From: Octopus vulgaris
Taxonomy: Eukaryota
Assembly: GCA_951406725.2 (NCBI GenBank)
Contig: OX597836.1
Location: 16,554,001-16,618,000 of the forward strand
Direction: 5' to 3'
Length of the DNA stretch: 64,000 nucleotides
In this document: positions 16,780-30,369 of the stretch, one piece after another
Layout of the letters: every line of letters begins with the position of its first letter
Position numbering within the stretch: the first letter of the stretch is position 1
Made by a program: the position numbers and the translations under genes
The notes under the pieces: generated by a model
Database searches by the model: none
Told to the model about the DNA's origin: nothing
What the model saw: the letters and a program-made list of their open reading frames with translations, nothing else

Positions 16780-18209
16780 CTCTAATATATAACCCTGTTG
16801 TTTTATTTACTTCCAGCTGCATCAGAAGGTAAGGTCCCTATTGTTTCCAGCTGCTTCAGAGACATTTTCCTGAATGCGAAACCAAAAACAGGCTCTCAAA
16901 GTTCAGCTTTTTATCCAATGTTGGTATTCTCAACAAATGTGGACGTTCATTTGGACAATTCTTATCTCCAAGTCTTACTCTAAGAACTTGCATTTAATAG
17001 GATTGTGTAAGTATATATATACATGTGCATATGTGTGTATGTGTGTGTGTGTATCATCATCATATTTATGTACACACGCACACACGAGGGATGTTGAAAA
17101 GTTTCTGGATTTGGGTAAAAAAAAAATACAGGATGATCAGTTATCATCATCATCATCATCACCGTTTAACGTCCGCTTTCCATGCTAGCATGGGTTGGAC
17201 GGTTCAACTGGGGTCTGGGAAGCCCGAAGGCTGCACCAGGCCTAGTCAGATCTGGCAGTGATTCTACAGCTGGATGCCCTTCCTAACGCCATTTTATTCA
17301 ATTGTGATTTTATTCAACATATTCCCCTCTCGGATCCACACACTTGTTGCAACGGTCCTTCAGTTTTTCTAAGCCCTGTAAAAGAACTCAGAAAGAGCCC
17401 GGTTCGGGATTCGAGCTCACAACCTCATGATCGTAAGCTCGACACTCTAACCACTGAGCCATGCACCTTCACATACATATATATGTATGTATGTATGTAT
17501 GTATATAAAGACTCTGTCAGTCACCTAAGAGGTTCCCCTCTGGGGTACAAGTCTGGGCGGAAAGTTGCCTCACCGGTGAACGCACAAACTAGGGTTGTTT
17601 TTATGGAAGGCCAGAAGTCGCCCATGCATACCGGCCTCCCCTCCCCATGCCACCGATGTTATGTAAGGGATACAGCTTGGCACCAATGATATCACAATTC
17701 ATTTCCACAGCTGATTAGCCTGGAGAAATATGAATTAAAGTGTCTTGCTCAAGTAGGAATCGAACTCACAACAACATGATTGTAAGCTCGACACTCTAAC
17801 CACTGAACCATGCACCTTCACACACACACAATCAGCAGAAATTGCGAGGATGATCCGGTTCTTGGCTGAAGATCGAAGGCTTCGAATGTCCCGTCCGTGT
17901 TTTTTGTATCGTCTTCTAAATGTTTTGCTTTCTTGTCCCAGTTTGTATTTTTTATATATATATATATATACGCACACACACTTACATACATATAAACATG
18001 CATACACATGCATATATACATACACATAGTACACATACACTCATTCTGACACACACACCATGTGAATCAGGAGTCCCTAACCACCAGGTCCCAGACCAGC
18101 ACTGGGCCACACAGAAAGAATATATTTCAAAATGTTATTTCAATTCTGCTGACTATCACAGTCTGTGGGATGTTTTTGCATTATATATATTTTATATATA
18201 TACATATTA

Positions 18210-18509
18210 TATATCACGTGATCACGTGACTGACCAGTCCATCAGATGTAGTTACACATCGCTGGTCACAATGCGTTCGCATTGTTTTAGCCTTCGAATG
18301 ACACCACCCCGCTGGCTAAGCGAGCAGGCCAACAGAAGAAAGAGTGGGAGAAAGAGTGGTGAAAGAGTACAGCAGGGATCACCACCCCCTGCTGGAGCTT
18401 TTAGGTGTTTTCGCTCAATAAACACTCACAACGCTCGGTCTGGGAATTGAAACCACGATCCTACGACCGCAAGTCCGCTGCCCTAACCACTAGGCCATTG
18501 CGCCTCCAC
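18210..18509 (-). mobile_element. Family C tRNA-Arg-like SINE variant
   Basis: Head matches 49591; body shared with 12520-12640. Confidence 0.75.
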
Positions 18510-18540
<31 letters not shown>

Positions 18541-18898
18541 ACTTAAATTATATGGTAGGCACTTTATTTTGTTTTGCTGTGTGTGTGACCCAACAGCCAA
18601 CCACCGACCCACCTCCAGGTCCATGAAAAAAATCTCGACTTGCATAAAATCTGTCCATGGTGCAAAAAAGAAGTTTGGGTCGGCTGATATGGATCGCTCT
18701 CTCCCTCACATCTCTGCACGCAAGCTTATTTAGTAACACCTCATATTCTTTCCTTTCTTTATTGTTAATAAAGTTGTCATGGAACCTGTTGGTTCCTTTA
18801 TATATTTTACTTTGGCCTACAATGTGAAAAAAGAGTCTTCTTTAAGAACAATTCTCTGTATTCAGCTCATGAGACCTAGATTATACTTCAATGCAGCA

Positions 18899-18942
<44 letters not shown>

Positions 18943-19516
18943 TACTACTACTACTACTTCTACTAAATATTGTGCCTTCAATGTTCAGCTGTATGTAATT
19001 CTATTATAATGTAGGTGAGATATTTTAATAAGGGTGGTGAGACACGTACGTACACACTGTTTCATTGAGAAGAGAGAGTGTGTGGAGGTAAGACAGATTT
19101 CGTTACAATTAAATAGGTGAGACCTCATTATTTAGCTCTTAAAAAAAATGCAAATGTGTGTATGTGTGTGTGTGTGTTCTTTTACATTTCAGTCATTTGA
19201 CTGTGGCCATGCTGGAACACCGCCTTATATGTGTATGTGTGTATATGTACGCATACATGTATACATATGTACATACATACATAAATGTGTGTGTCTGTAT
19301 ACATACATTCTTTTTCTTTTTTATCCTTCTTTCTGTATCCTGTTTGTCTTTTTACACTTTTTGACCCTCAAACCAACCCAGCACACATAGAGTAAAAATA
19401 ATAAAGAACATTCTCTTCCCCATTCAACTCCAGATATTTTTTCAACAAACTCACATATATACAAAAGGCATAAATTTTATGTAAAAAAAAAAGTCATTTT
19501 TGATGATTCTCTAAAA

Positions 19517-19735
19517 CAGTGGTTTTCAACCAGGGTTCCACGGAACCTTAGGGTTCCGCCAGTACAGTCCATGGGTTCCGCAAGAGGTTACAAAACTGCT
19601 AAAATCAGCAGTAATTTTTAATTCTCCTGTGCAGATATGTGTGCATAAGACTATTAAATTATTGCACAGGGGTTCCTCGAGCCAATGGAATGTGTCCTTG
19701 GGGTTCCGCTCCAGCAAAAAGTTTGAAAAGCACTG
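19517..19735. mobile_element. hAT (Charlie-type) MITE
   Basis: CAGTGGTTTTCAA...TTGAAAAGCACTG TIRs; 8-bp TSD CTCTAAAA on both sides. Confidence 0.85.
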
Positions 19736-19876
19736 CTCTAAAACAAGATGAAAGCAGTAAACAATTATCCAAAATTCTGACTACTGCCTTTTTCTTACTC
19801 TTTCACTATGGCCATGCTGGAGCACAACCTTTTAGTCGAGCAAATCGACCCCAGGACTTATTCTTTGTAAGCCTAA

Positions 19877-20028
19877 GCGCTTCCTCCTCCTCTTCAATGG
19901 CAGACTTTATTAACTCCAACAAATCTTCGTCTATCAGGGTTTCAGAGTGGGCATCTTCTTGTGTGATGTCATCAAAACCTTCGCCAATTCCCTTGGCGAG
20001 TTTCACCGCATTGCTAACAGCCTCGTAC
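19877..20028 (-). pseudogene. pogo/Tigger transposase C-terminal fragment A
   Basis: AVKLAKGIGEGFDDITQEDAHSETLIDEDLLELIKSAIEEEEE resembles the TIGD1-like acidic C-terminus. Confidence 0.7.
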
Positions 20029-20479
20029 TCTTTTACTTGTTTCAGCCATTTGACTGCGGCCATGCTGGAGCACCGCCTTTAGTCGAGCAACTCGACCCCG
20101 GGACTTATTCTTTTTGTAAGCCCAGTACTTATTCTATCGGTCTCTTTTTACCAAACCGCTAAGTGACGGGGACATAAACACACCAGCATCGGTTGTCAAG
20201 CAATGCTAGGGGGACAAACACAGACACACAAACACACACACATATCATCATCATCATCATCATCATCGTTTAACGTCCGTTTTCCATATATATATATATA
20301 TATATACATATATACGACAGGCTTCTTTCAGTTTCCGTCTACCAAATCCACTCACAAGGCATTGGTCGGCCCAGGGCTATAGCAGAAGACACTTGCCCAA
20401 GGTGCCACGCAGTGGGACTGAACCCTGAACCATGTGGTTGTTTAGCAAGCTACTTACCACACAGCCACTCCTGCGCCTA
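20029..20479 (-). mobile_element. Family B SINE carrying a short RTE tail in its microsatellite
   Basis: Full SINE; CATCAT..GTTTAACGTCCGTTTTCC inserted at about 20243-20287. Confidence 0.85.
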
Positions 20480-20514
20480 TCTTCAGGCGGTTTAGGGGAT
20501 ATCATATCTTCGTG

Positions 20515-20685
20515 CAAAGCTTTCTTGGTGGGCTTGAGGAACTCTGTGATGGGAAGGTGCTGTCATCATTTCTTCATGGTGATGAAGAGAGTTTTATATG
20601 TCTGCATGGCAGCATCGATGGCATTTTTAAATTCTAGAACCATACAGGGATCCTATGCTTCTGCTTTCCTTTGCAATTCCTCTAT
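20515..20685 (-). pseudogene. pogo/Tigger transposase C-terminal fragment B
   Basis: ELQRKAEA*DPCMVLEFKNAIDAAMQTYKTLF..MKK**QHLPITEFLKP. Confidence 0.6.
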
Positions 20686-20834
20686 ATACACCATCATCAT
20701 CATTTAACATCCGTTTTCCATACTGGCATGGGTTGGCCAGTCTGACAGGAGCTGACCAGCTAAAGAGCTGTCGAGGCTCCATGTCTGTTTTGGCATGGTT
20801 TCTATGGTTGCAAATATACACACACACACATATA

Positions 20835-20865
<31 letters not shown>

Positions 20866-20944
20866 ATATGGCAAATTAAAGACAGAAGATGGAATATAGG
20901 AGAATTTATTAATCACAACAATACAATTTGTATAATTATATATA

Positions 20945-20947
20945 TAG

Positions 20948-20978
<31 letters not shown>

Positions 20979-20981
20979 TAA

Positions 20982-21014
<33 letters not shown>

Positions 21015-21017
21015 TAA

Positions 21018-21050
<33 letters not shown>

Positions 21051-21053
21051 TAA

Positions 21054-21098
<45 letters not shown>

Positions 21099-21138
21099 TA
21101 AATAGATAGACAGATAGACAGACAGACAGACAGATAAA

Positions 21139-21170
<32 letters not shown>

Positions 21171-21335
21171 TAAATAGATAGACAGACAGACAGACAGACA
21201 GATAAATAGATAGATAGATAGACAGACAGACAGATAAATAGATAGATAGATAGACAGACAGACAGATAAATAGATAGACAGACAGATAAATAGATAGATA
21301 GATAGATAGATAGATGGATGGATGGATAGAAAGAT
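20945..21335. repeat. Compound GATA/GACA microsatellite
   Basis: Direct reading of the sequence. Confidence 0.95.
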
Positions 21336-21639
21336 ATATATACACACACACAAACATATATACAAAAATACATATAGATACACCAATATGTATATATAGA
21401 TACACCAATAAGTATATATAACATACACATACAGGTGAGTGTATATTATATAACACACACAGAGAATGTCTGGTACAATCAAAACAACAGGTGTTTAACG
21501 AGGACAAACCTAATGATGCAAATTGTGTTTAGATTCTTGTTATTTTTGTCTTTTTGTTCTTTATTCTATCTAACATAATTACATTTGACTTGTGGTCTCC
21601 AGTTGTTTTATCTTGACTAATCAAGTTGATGTTCAGGTG

Positions 21640-22240
21640 GATGAGGGGGGTGGGAGATAGAGGGTGAGAGAGAGAGAGTGGGAGAGAGAGGGTGAGAGAG
21701 GGTGGGTGCGAGAGAGAGAGTGGGAGAGAGAGGGTGGGAGAGAGAGGGTGAGAGAGAGTAGGTGGGAGAGAGGGTGAGAATGTGGGTGAGAGAGAGAGGG
21801 TGAGAGAGAGTGGATGGGAGACACGGAGAGGGTGGGAGAGAGGGAAAGGGTGAGCAAGGGGAGAGGGGAAGCAATGGAGAGAGGGGGCAAGGGGGAGAGG
21901 GGAGCATGGGGGAGGTGGGAGACAGGGGAGGGAGAGGGGAAGAGAGTGGTAGAGAGACAAAATGGAATGGGAGAGTGATGAGGTGAATTTCTAGGTAAGA
22001 ATAAAACTTGATCAACAGAATGAAAGTGGCATGGAAGGGAGATGGCAGGGGTGGAGTGACAAGCATGTGGGGGGGTGTAGCAGGAGTTGCATTGAAAGGA
22101 GAGAAAACAAAATCTTTGGCAGCTAGGGTGGAGATAACGGTGGAGAGATACATAGGAGAGGGAGGAAGGGGAGATTTTATGAGACCAGAAATCAGGGAGA
22201 AAGAAGATGAAGCTCAAAACTGAAGGAATAGATTTCTTTG
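21640..22240. repeat. GA/G-rich low-complexity polypurine tract
   Basis: Direct reading of the sequence. Confidence 0.9.
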
Positions 22241-22398
22241 ATGGGTCCATCAGTTTTGCTTATCTATATAAACATTAAATAAATAGATAGATATATATCA
22301 TCATTATCATCAGTTAACATCCATTGTCCATGGGTTGGAGAGTTTGACCGGGTTGGCATGCTGGAAGGCTGCACCAGACTCCAGTCTGATTATATATA

Positions 22399-22581
22399 TA
22401 TGGATCAAAACCGTTTCATTTAAATTTGTTGGTACTCAGAGTTTCAAGTGTGATGCTAATCTTCAGCCATTTTGAATTTTAAATTCAAAACAGCATTCAA
22501 ATTTAAAACAGCTGAAGATTAGCATTACACTTGAAACTCTCGGAGTACCAACAAATTTAAATGAAACTATTTTGATCCATA
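22399..22581. repeat. Inverted duplication with about 80-bp arms and weak hammerhead-like cores
   Basis: TGGATCAAAA...TTTTGATCCA; each arm has CTGAAGA...GAAACTC(T/TCG)GAGTA. Confidence 0.8.
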
Positions 22582-22919
22582 CAGGTAACACCTAATAAAT
22601 GTGTTCAGTGTCCTTCTTTTGACCACTCACTCCATCCAGCTGTAGAAACTCTGCCAGATCAAGATTGGAGCCTGGTGCAGCCATCTGGTTTGCCAGTCCT
22701 CAGTCAAATCGTCCAACTCATGCTAGCATGGAAAGCAGACATTAAACAATGACGATGATGATTATACACATATACACTTTTTATCTTTTACTTGTTTCAG
22801 GCATTATACTGCGGCCATTCTGGGGCACCACCTTGAAGATATTTTCAGTTAGATGAAATGATCACAGTACTTTTTTTTAAACCCTGGTACTTATTCTGTT
22901 GATCTTTTTGCCAAACTGA

Positions 22920-23096
22920 AAATCACTATTTTTTACGATTCTTTTGACTGCTGTGTCGGCATTTTTCGGTGTATTTCAACCAGAAAAATGTTCACTTAAA
23001 GAGAAAAACAAGCTACATAATGCAAAATTTTTACTTTTCAAAAATTCCAATTCTAAAGGGTCAAAACACCCAAGCAACGCCGAGCGATACTGCTAG
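22920..23096 (+). mobile_element. Non-autonomous Helitron 3' end
   Basis: Matches 52970-53148; subterminal hairpin remnant and CTAG end. Confidence 0.75.
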
Positions 23097-24078
23097 TAGA
23101 CATTACAAAGGACTGAGATATCTTGGCAAAGGACCGAAATATCTGGTGCCTTGCTGTACTTAAGAAGACCTGCCCGCTACAGTAGAACTGATACTGATGC
23201 TGGTGCCTCATTAAAAGCACTGGTGTTGGTGCCACACACAAAGCACCCAGTATGCTCTGTGGAGTGGTTGGCATTAGGAAGGGCATCCAGCTGTAGAAAC
23301 CATGGTAGGAGATACAATGGAGCCTGGTATGGCTCCCCCAGCCTTACCAGCTCCAGTCAAATTGTCTAACCCATGCCAGTATGGAAAACAGACATTAAGT
23401 GATGATGATGATGATTATGATGATGATGATTATGATGCTGATGATGATGATGATGATGATGCATTTGATCTAGCAATATGAATGCTGAACGGTTAAATTT
23501 TTTTGAATTCATGTGACACCATAGGAAAGAAGGAAGAATAGAGTTGCAGACAGATGTAAGCTCAAAATTTTCTCCTCTCTTTAACAAAGAGATCATACAG
23601 GGGGAAAAGGAGGGGGGGTAAATATTTCCACGAATATTCTGGTATGGGGTGGAAGGGGAAGAACCGGTACTTGACAATTTAAGAACCACTGAGCTATAGT
23701 ATCCAGTCGGAGGTATGCTGTAACGACCAACCAAAACACTCCTCGAGATGGGAGCGGATGGAACACACAATGGCGTTTGTTAAGCACACAACGTACTCAA
23801 TCTCTCAACTACTTCCTTTACAATAACAATGGTGGTGGTGGTGGTGGTGATTTGTAAGTTAACATTAACTGCACTATTGCCACTGTAACTACCACTCTAC
23901 CACTGCCAACACATTCACAAGTACCATCACTACTACAACCATCACCACTACAACTAAAAGTACCTCAGCACGACCACTACAACTACCACTATAACCATCA
24001 TTATCACTACCATCAACACCACTAAATATTACTATCACAACTACCACAACCAGTACAACTACTACCAATAGGATCAAG

Positions 24079-24720
24079 CCAATATTTTCTCCAAGAGACC
24101 CCAAAAACATTCACTAATTGAGCCATACAAATCTTTGCCCCTTTTCAATAGTAGGAGTCCCCAAAAAGGTTTTTTATGCCAATCTTTTCTCCAAGAGACC
24201 CCAAAAACATTCACTAATTGAGCTATACAAATCTTTACCCCTCTTCAATAGTAGGAGTCCCCAAAAAGGTTTTCCATGCCAATCTTTTCTCCAAGAGACC
24301 CAAAAAACATTCACTAATTGAACCATACAAATCTTTGCCCCTTTTTAATAGTAGGAGTCCCCAACATGGTTTTCCATGCCAATCTTTTCTCCAAGAGACC
24401 CCAAAACATTCACTAATTGAACCATACAAATCTTTACCTCTTTTCAATAGTAGGAGTCCCCAAAAAGGTTTTCCATGCCAATCTTTTCTCCAAGAGACCC
24501 CAAAACATTCACTAATTGAACCATACAAATCTTTACCTCTTTTCAATAGTAGGAGTCCCCAAAAAGGTTTTCCATGCCAATCTTTTCTCCAAGAGACCCC
24601 AAAACATTCACTAATCTTTTTCCATATAATGGTAGGATACCCCAAAAAGATTTTCCAATGGGGCCATACCAGTATTTTCTGCCAAGAGGCCCCTAAACAT
24701 TCTCTAATTGGATCATACCA
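24079..24720. repeat. About 100-bp minisatellite, about 6.5 copies
   Basis: CCAA(T)CTTTTCTCCAAGAGACCC recurs at about 24079, 24179, 24279, 24379, 24477 and 24576. Confidence 0.95.
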
Positions 24721-24804
24721 ATCTTTTCCTCCATTCAATGGTAGGAAGCACAATGTTTTACCACAGTCACCAATTTACAACAGTTAACAGTGTCACTCCT
24801 TTAT

Positions 24805-25038
24805 ATATTTCTTTACTGCCCACAAGGGGCTAAACATAGAGAGGACAAACAAGGACAGACAAAGGTATTAAGTCGATTACATCGACCCCAGTGCGTAACT
24901 GGTACTTTATTTATCGACCCCGAAAGGATGAAAGGCAAAGTCGACCTCGGCGGAATTTGAGCTCAGAACGTAGCGACGGACGAAATACCGCTAAGCATTT
25001 CGCCCGGCGCGCTAACGTTTCTGCCAGCTCACCGCCTT
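24805..25038 (-). mobile_element. Family A SINE, young copy
   Basis: Full length with CpGs intact; short direct repeat CTTTATA. Confidence 0.9.
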
Positions 25039-25285
25039 CTTTATAGAGTCAGGAAAGGAGACCAACTGTTCCAAGAAACATGGGTCAGAAATTGAGCACC
25101 ATCCAGGTGTGTTGTGTGCCACCAATGGAACCCACAAAGAAGTGTTCTGGTTTTCCTAATAAAATTTTATTTGTTTGCCTATGTTTTCCAATAAACTCTG
25201 CTGTGTTATTCATTTTTGTCATTTTTTACTGAATTTTTCAAATTGTAGAACTAATTTACAGACAACCTGCACATATGCATACAAT

Positions 25286-25326
<41 letters not shown>

Positions 25327-25407
25327 TTTACGAAAAAAACAAGAGACGAAGACAGGTGGTGTACAAAACAAACAGATGTATTAGTATAACGCTCAGGAAT
25401 GGAAAAA

Positions 25408-25449
25408 GTCTTTTACGTTTCGAGCCTACGCTCTTCTACAGAAAGGGAC
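25408..25449 (-). ncRNA. Minimal hammerhead-like motif (CUGUAGA core) in a (TA)n-flanked element
   Basis: CTTT CTGTAGA A GAGC GTAG GCTC GAA ACGT A AAAG. Confidence 0.55.
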
Positions 25450-26680
25450 ACAGAAAGAAACAAGGAGAGAATAAAAATGTGTGTAGTGGCTAATGATCTA
25501 TCATGATGATATATATATATATATATATATATAGGGAGAGAGAGAGAGAGAGAAAAGAGATATTTAGATGTATTGGATTCTGACCAGGCAGTGTGGGGAG
25601 AAAGGGGGAGGCTATTGACTGTAAACAACAGAGAGAGAAGGGGGGGAAGGGAGGCAAGAGATGGGAGTATTTTGATTAATTCCCTCACATTAACTGGCCT
25701 CTGTAGTAATGTTGGATCAGCTGGATTAGCAATAACTGGACAGGATAAAAAGGGATTAAGTCAAAGTGTATTTAATGCTCTTTAAGGCCTGATTCTCTGT
25801 GCCACCATGTATCCATACATACATCTGTGTACCTGATATGTTGTTCAGCCCCAGGTCAACCCCATTCAACAGATCATTGATGAAAGGCCTTCCACTCATG
25901 GCCATCTCTGCCTTTCATCCTTGTCTTGTAGGACTACATCATCTAATGCCTCATTGGTATTTTGGGGTGTAAATGTCGTTTGAGGTAGATCTTACTTATT
26001 TCTAGCAGCCCACCACCCCCTGCCGGAGCGTCGTGGAGCTATTAGGTGTTTTCTGCTCAATAAACACACACAACGCCCAGTCTGGGAATCGAAACCGCGA
26101 TCCTACGACCGTGAGTCCGCTGCCCTAACCACTGGGCCATTGCGCCTCCACATATATATATATGTATGTATGTATGTATGTATGCAATAAATACATAAAG
26201 AGAAGCAAAATTTTTTTTATGAACCCTTAAACTGCTACTGTGAATCTCATATTTACTGTTTTGCTCATGTGGACCCCACCCCCCGCAAAAAAAAAAAAAT
26301 CTTATATGGACTGCCAGGGGTCACATGGACCCTGACTGGGAACCACTGCTCCACATGGTCGCTGGAATGCTAGAAATAAGTAAAATCTGGTTTTTAAACG
26401 TTGAATGACTATGGGGGTCCACCAGAGTAAAATAGGAATCAAAGGGGTCCATAGGTAAAAAAGGGTTAAGAACCACTGATGGAGAGGCTCCCTGATTACC
26501 TTATAAGGAAGGTGCACAGTGGATATGAAGGATTTTAGTCAAACATATCAACCCCAGGACTTTTTTATTAGAGCCTAGTACTTACTCTATCGGTCTCTTT
26601 ACCAAACTGCTAAGTTACTAGGACATAAACACAAGTGGTGGTGGGGGACAAACACAGAAACTAAGACACACACACACACA

Positions 26681-26729
<49 letters not shown>

Positions 26730-26733
<4 letters not shown>

Positions 26734-27107
26734 TGTGTGGTAAGTAGCTTGCTTACCAACCACATGGTTCCGGGTTCAGTCCCACTGCGTGGCACCTTAG
26801 TCAAGTGTCTTCTACTATAGCCTCGGGCCAACCAAAGCCTTGTAAGTGGATTTGGTAGACGGAAACTGAAAGAAGCCTGTCGAATATATGTATATATATA
26901 TATATATGCATGTGTGTGTTTGACTCCCTAGCATTGCTTGACAACCGATGCTGGTGTGTTTATGTCCCCGTTAATTAGCGGTTCGGCAAAAGAGGCTGAT
27001 AGAATAAGTACTTGGGCTTACAAAAGAATAAGTCCCGGGGTCGAGTTGCTCGATTAAAGGCGGTGCTCCAGCATGGCCGCAGTCAAATGACAGAAACAAC
27101 TAAAAGA

Positions 27108-27110
<3 letters not shown>
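26730..27110 (+). mobile_element. Family B SINE
   Basis: Colinear with 2599-3000. Confidence 0.85.
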
Positions 27111-27153
<43 letters not shown>

Positions 27154-27461
27154 ATGTATGTATGTCTAATTTTTTTAGTTGTTTCAGTCACCGGACAGAG
27201 GCCATGCTGGGGCACCGCCTTGGAGTGCTTTTGAACCTTGTGGTGTGCGACCGATTGTGGCACTCGCTTGGAGTCGAATTGATCTTTTTTTCTTTCCTTC
27301 TTTCTTCGCTCGTGCTTATGTTTGCTTCGATTTTGGATTTGTATTACATATGTATCATACACATGTTATAAACGTATATAAAATAATTTCTAAAAGGAAA
27401 AAAAAACGATCCCTTCCTTCGCATAGAAGATTAGCAAGTGTTCATAACATATATATATACA

Positions 27462-27841
27462 TAGGCGCATGAGTGGCTGTGTGGTAAGTAGCTTGCTAAC
27501 CAACCACATGGTTCCGGGTTCAGTCCCACTGCGTGGCATCTTGGGCAAGTGTCTTCTGCTATAGCCCCGGGCCGACCAATGCCTTGTGAGTGGATTTGGT
27601 AGACGGAAACTGAAAGAAGCCTGTCGTATATATATGTATGTGTGTGTTTGTGTGTCTGTGTTTGTCCCCCTAGCATTGCTTGACAACCGATGCTGGTGTG
27701 TTTACGTCCCCGTCACTTAGCGGTTCGGCAAAAGAGACTGATAGAATAAGTACTGGGCTTACAAAGAATAAGTCCCGGGGTAGAGTTGCTCGATTAAAGG
27801 CGGTGCTCCAGCATGGCCGCAGTCAAATGACTGAAACAAGT
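27462..27841 (+). mobile_element. Family B SINE, young copy
   Basis: Near identical to 2599-3000. Confidence 0.9.
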
Positions 27842-28244
27842 GGGAAAAAAAATAGAGTATATAAATACACGCACACATACATATATACATTCGCAAACAA
27901 ACAGGACAAGTGATACAAAGCGGACTTTACACACCCATACATATAAACACACATACATATCTACTCTCACGTTCACGCGAATGCACTCGCTGGCGACAGG
28001 CGTCGAGCGGACTTTTACACACCCACAAATATATACTCGCTCCTTCGTAGAATGAATGAAGGAGAGCGAAACAAAAAGCAGAACACAAAAAAAAAAAATA
28101 AATAAATAAATAAATAAACTGCTCAGTAATAATTTACTTTGGTTACTAAACTAAACTAGTGATCTTGCCAAATAAAGATAAAACATGAAACGGATAGACA
28201 TCGAGTGTATATCGACTCCCGAGGGACAGAGAAATAGATCGACC

Positions 28245-28585
28245 GAAACACACACACACAAATATATATATATATACACATATACACACGAAATCACACA
28301 CAAATATATATATATATACACATACATACGAAAACACACACACACACACACAAATATATATATACACATACACACGAAAACAAACACACACAAATATATA
28401 TATATATACACATACACACGAAAACACACACACACAAATATATATATACACATACACACGAAAACACACACACACAAATATATATATACACATACACACG
28501 AAAACACACACACACAAATATATATATACACACATACACACACACAAATATATATATATACACATACACACGAAAACACACACAA
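28245..28585. repeat. About 40-bp compound minisatellite (CA/TA tracts with a CACGAAAA anchor)
   Basis: Repeated ACACGAAAACACACACACAAATATATATATACACAT. Confidence 0.9.
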
Positions 28586-28837
28586 GAAAAAAGAGATGAC
28601 AGGAAAAAACAATGTTATGAAATTCATTAGCTAATGGCTGTTTCTGCTTTAAGACGCAATGTACTTGTAGTTGAGTGCCTGAATAAGACCCTATGGCTTC
28701 ACCGGAGCATCGAATATGAAGTGCAATAGATTTGTGAAAAAAAAATTAGATTTGTGCAATAAATAGGGAGGGCATTACCAGTGAGAAAGTCATTGATGAT
28801 GTGTGTATATATACACACATACAATACGCATATGTGC

Positions 28838-28888
<51 letters not shown>

Positions 28889-28900
28889 TATATATATATA

Positions 28901-29288
28901 CAGGCGCAGGTGTGGCTGTGTGGTAAGCAGCTTGTTTACCAACCACATGGTTCCGGGTTCAGTCCCACTGCGTGGCATCTTGGGCAAGTGTCTTATACTA
29001 TAGCCTCGGGCCGACCAAAGCCTTGTGAGTGGATTTGGTAGACGGAAACTGAAAGAAGCCCGTCGTATATATATATGTATGTGTGTGTCTGTGTTTGTCC
29101 CTCTAGCATTGCTTGACAACCGATGCTGGTGTGTTTATGTCCCCGTTACTTAGTGGTTCGTCAAAAGAGACCGATAGAATAAGTACTGGGCTTACAAGAG
29201 AATAAGTCCCGGGGTCGAGTTGCTCGATTAAAGGCGGTGCTCCAGCATGGCCGCAGTCAAATGACTGAAACATGTAAAAGAGTAAAAG
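28901..29288 (+). mobile_element. Family B SINE
   Basis: Full head to tail. Confidence 0.9.
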
Positions 29289-29705
29289 AAAAGAGTATAT
29301 ATACACACACACAGACCAATAACGTACACATACGAGCCGAGACATGCACATCATAAAGTACAACACGAACACACACACACATAAGCCGAGAAAGTGTGTG
29401 TGCGTGCGCACCCACGCTTCACATAAATAAAAATGTGGAATGAGTTATGTACTGTAAGAGAAGAAAAAAAACCTGTACTTTAGACAGAATATTATTGTTC
29501 ATCGGAGTATTGTGTCTGATGCGTTACACTTTTCATTTATTTCATTGTATTTGATTTTGTTGTTCTTCCTTAATACAGCAAAACTTGTTCCTCCGTTTGC
29601 AGTATTTGTAATAAGACTTTTTTGCTTAACGTAGGCCGTCCGATCGAAGAAGTTAGCGATGATCCCAGCTGCCAGAGAGAGAATGATTGGTCCGAAAAGG
29701 ATGGA

Positions 29706-29737
<32 letters not shown>

Positions 29738-30087
29738 AGTACTTGGACGATGTGTTAAATGTATGATTATTAAATGTACGTCAGTGTATGTACAACACAC
29801 ATGTAGATGCATAAAAGAGGTGTAGACACACACACGTAGATACAGAACGGTAATTAGATATATAGGCAGGCACGCGAATAGATGTAATTAATAATTCACA
29901 AATACAAACACAACAGTAGTCAACTATGTCAAAGATATTTTATATAATGCAAAACATCTGCTTTAGACCTCAATACGCCGAATAGAGTGTGTGTGTACAC
30001 ATACATATATATATATAGGTAAAACGGTAAGATAACAAAAGAAAGAATGAGACCTCAATATTATGTAAATAGAGGAAATTTATCTAT

Positions 30088-30137
<50 letters not shown>

Positions 30138-30152
30138 CTTTGATTTTAGCAA

Positions 30153-30199
30153 AAAACTGTCCGACGAACGGCAACGGGAAACTCAGAGTAACAGGTTTT
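30153..30199 (+). ncRNA. Hammerhead-like motif (CCGACGA core)
   Basis: AAAACTGT CCGACGA A CG-GCAA-CG G GAA ACTC A GAGT A ACAGGTTTT; lies between TA tracts. Confidence 0.5.
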
Positions 30200-30296
30200 G
30201 TTGAATTTTCTGCTGCTTTAAATAAAGCATATTACTCTACCACTGGTATTTGAGTACTCTTTTTTCCACCTTGTTTCACATTAATGTGTTTACTCC

Positions 30297-30369
<73 letters not shown>

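Noticed and set aside
16817-16828. 12-nt plus-strand microexon candidate
   Set aside because: No host gene evident on that strand and such signals occur by chance.
17833-17900. CTGAAGA...TTCGAA motif (also about 6130 and 43870) as a hammerhead
   Set aside because: I could not build convincing helix III and stem I; probably a Penelope-like repeat but not scored.
24079-24720. CRISPR-like array
   Set aside because: Whole units repeat with no unique spacers, no cas genes, eukaryotic context.
25100-25140. GFHWW on the minus strand as a HINT3 exon
   Set aside because: Lacks PPF and the HxHxH triad, and has no good splice context.
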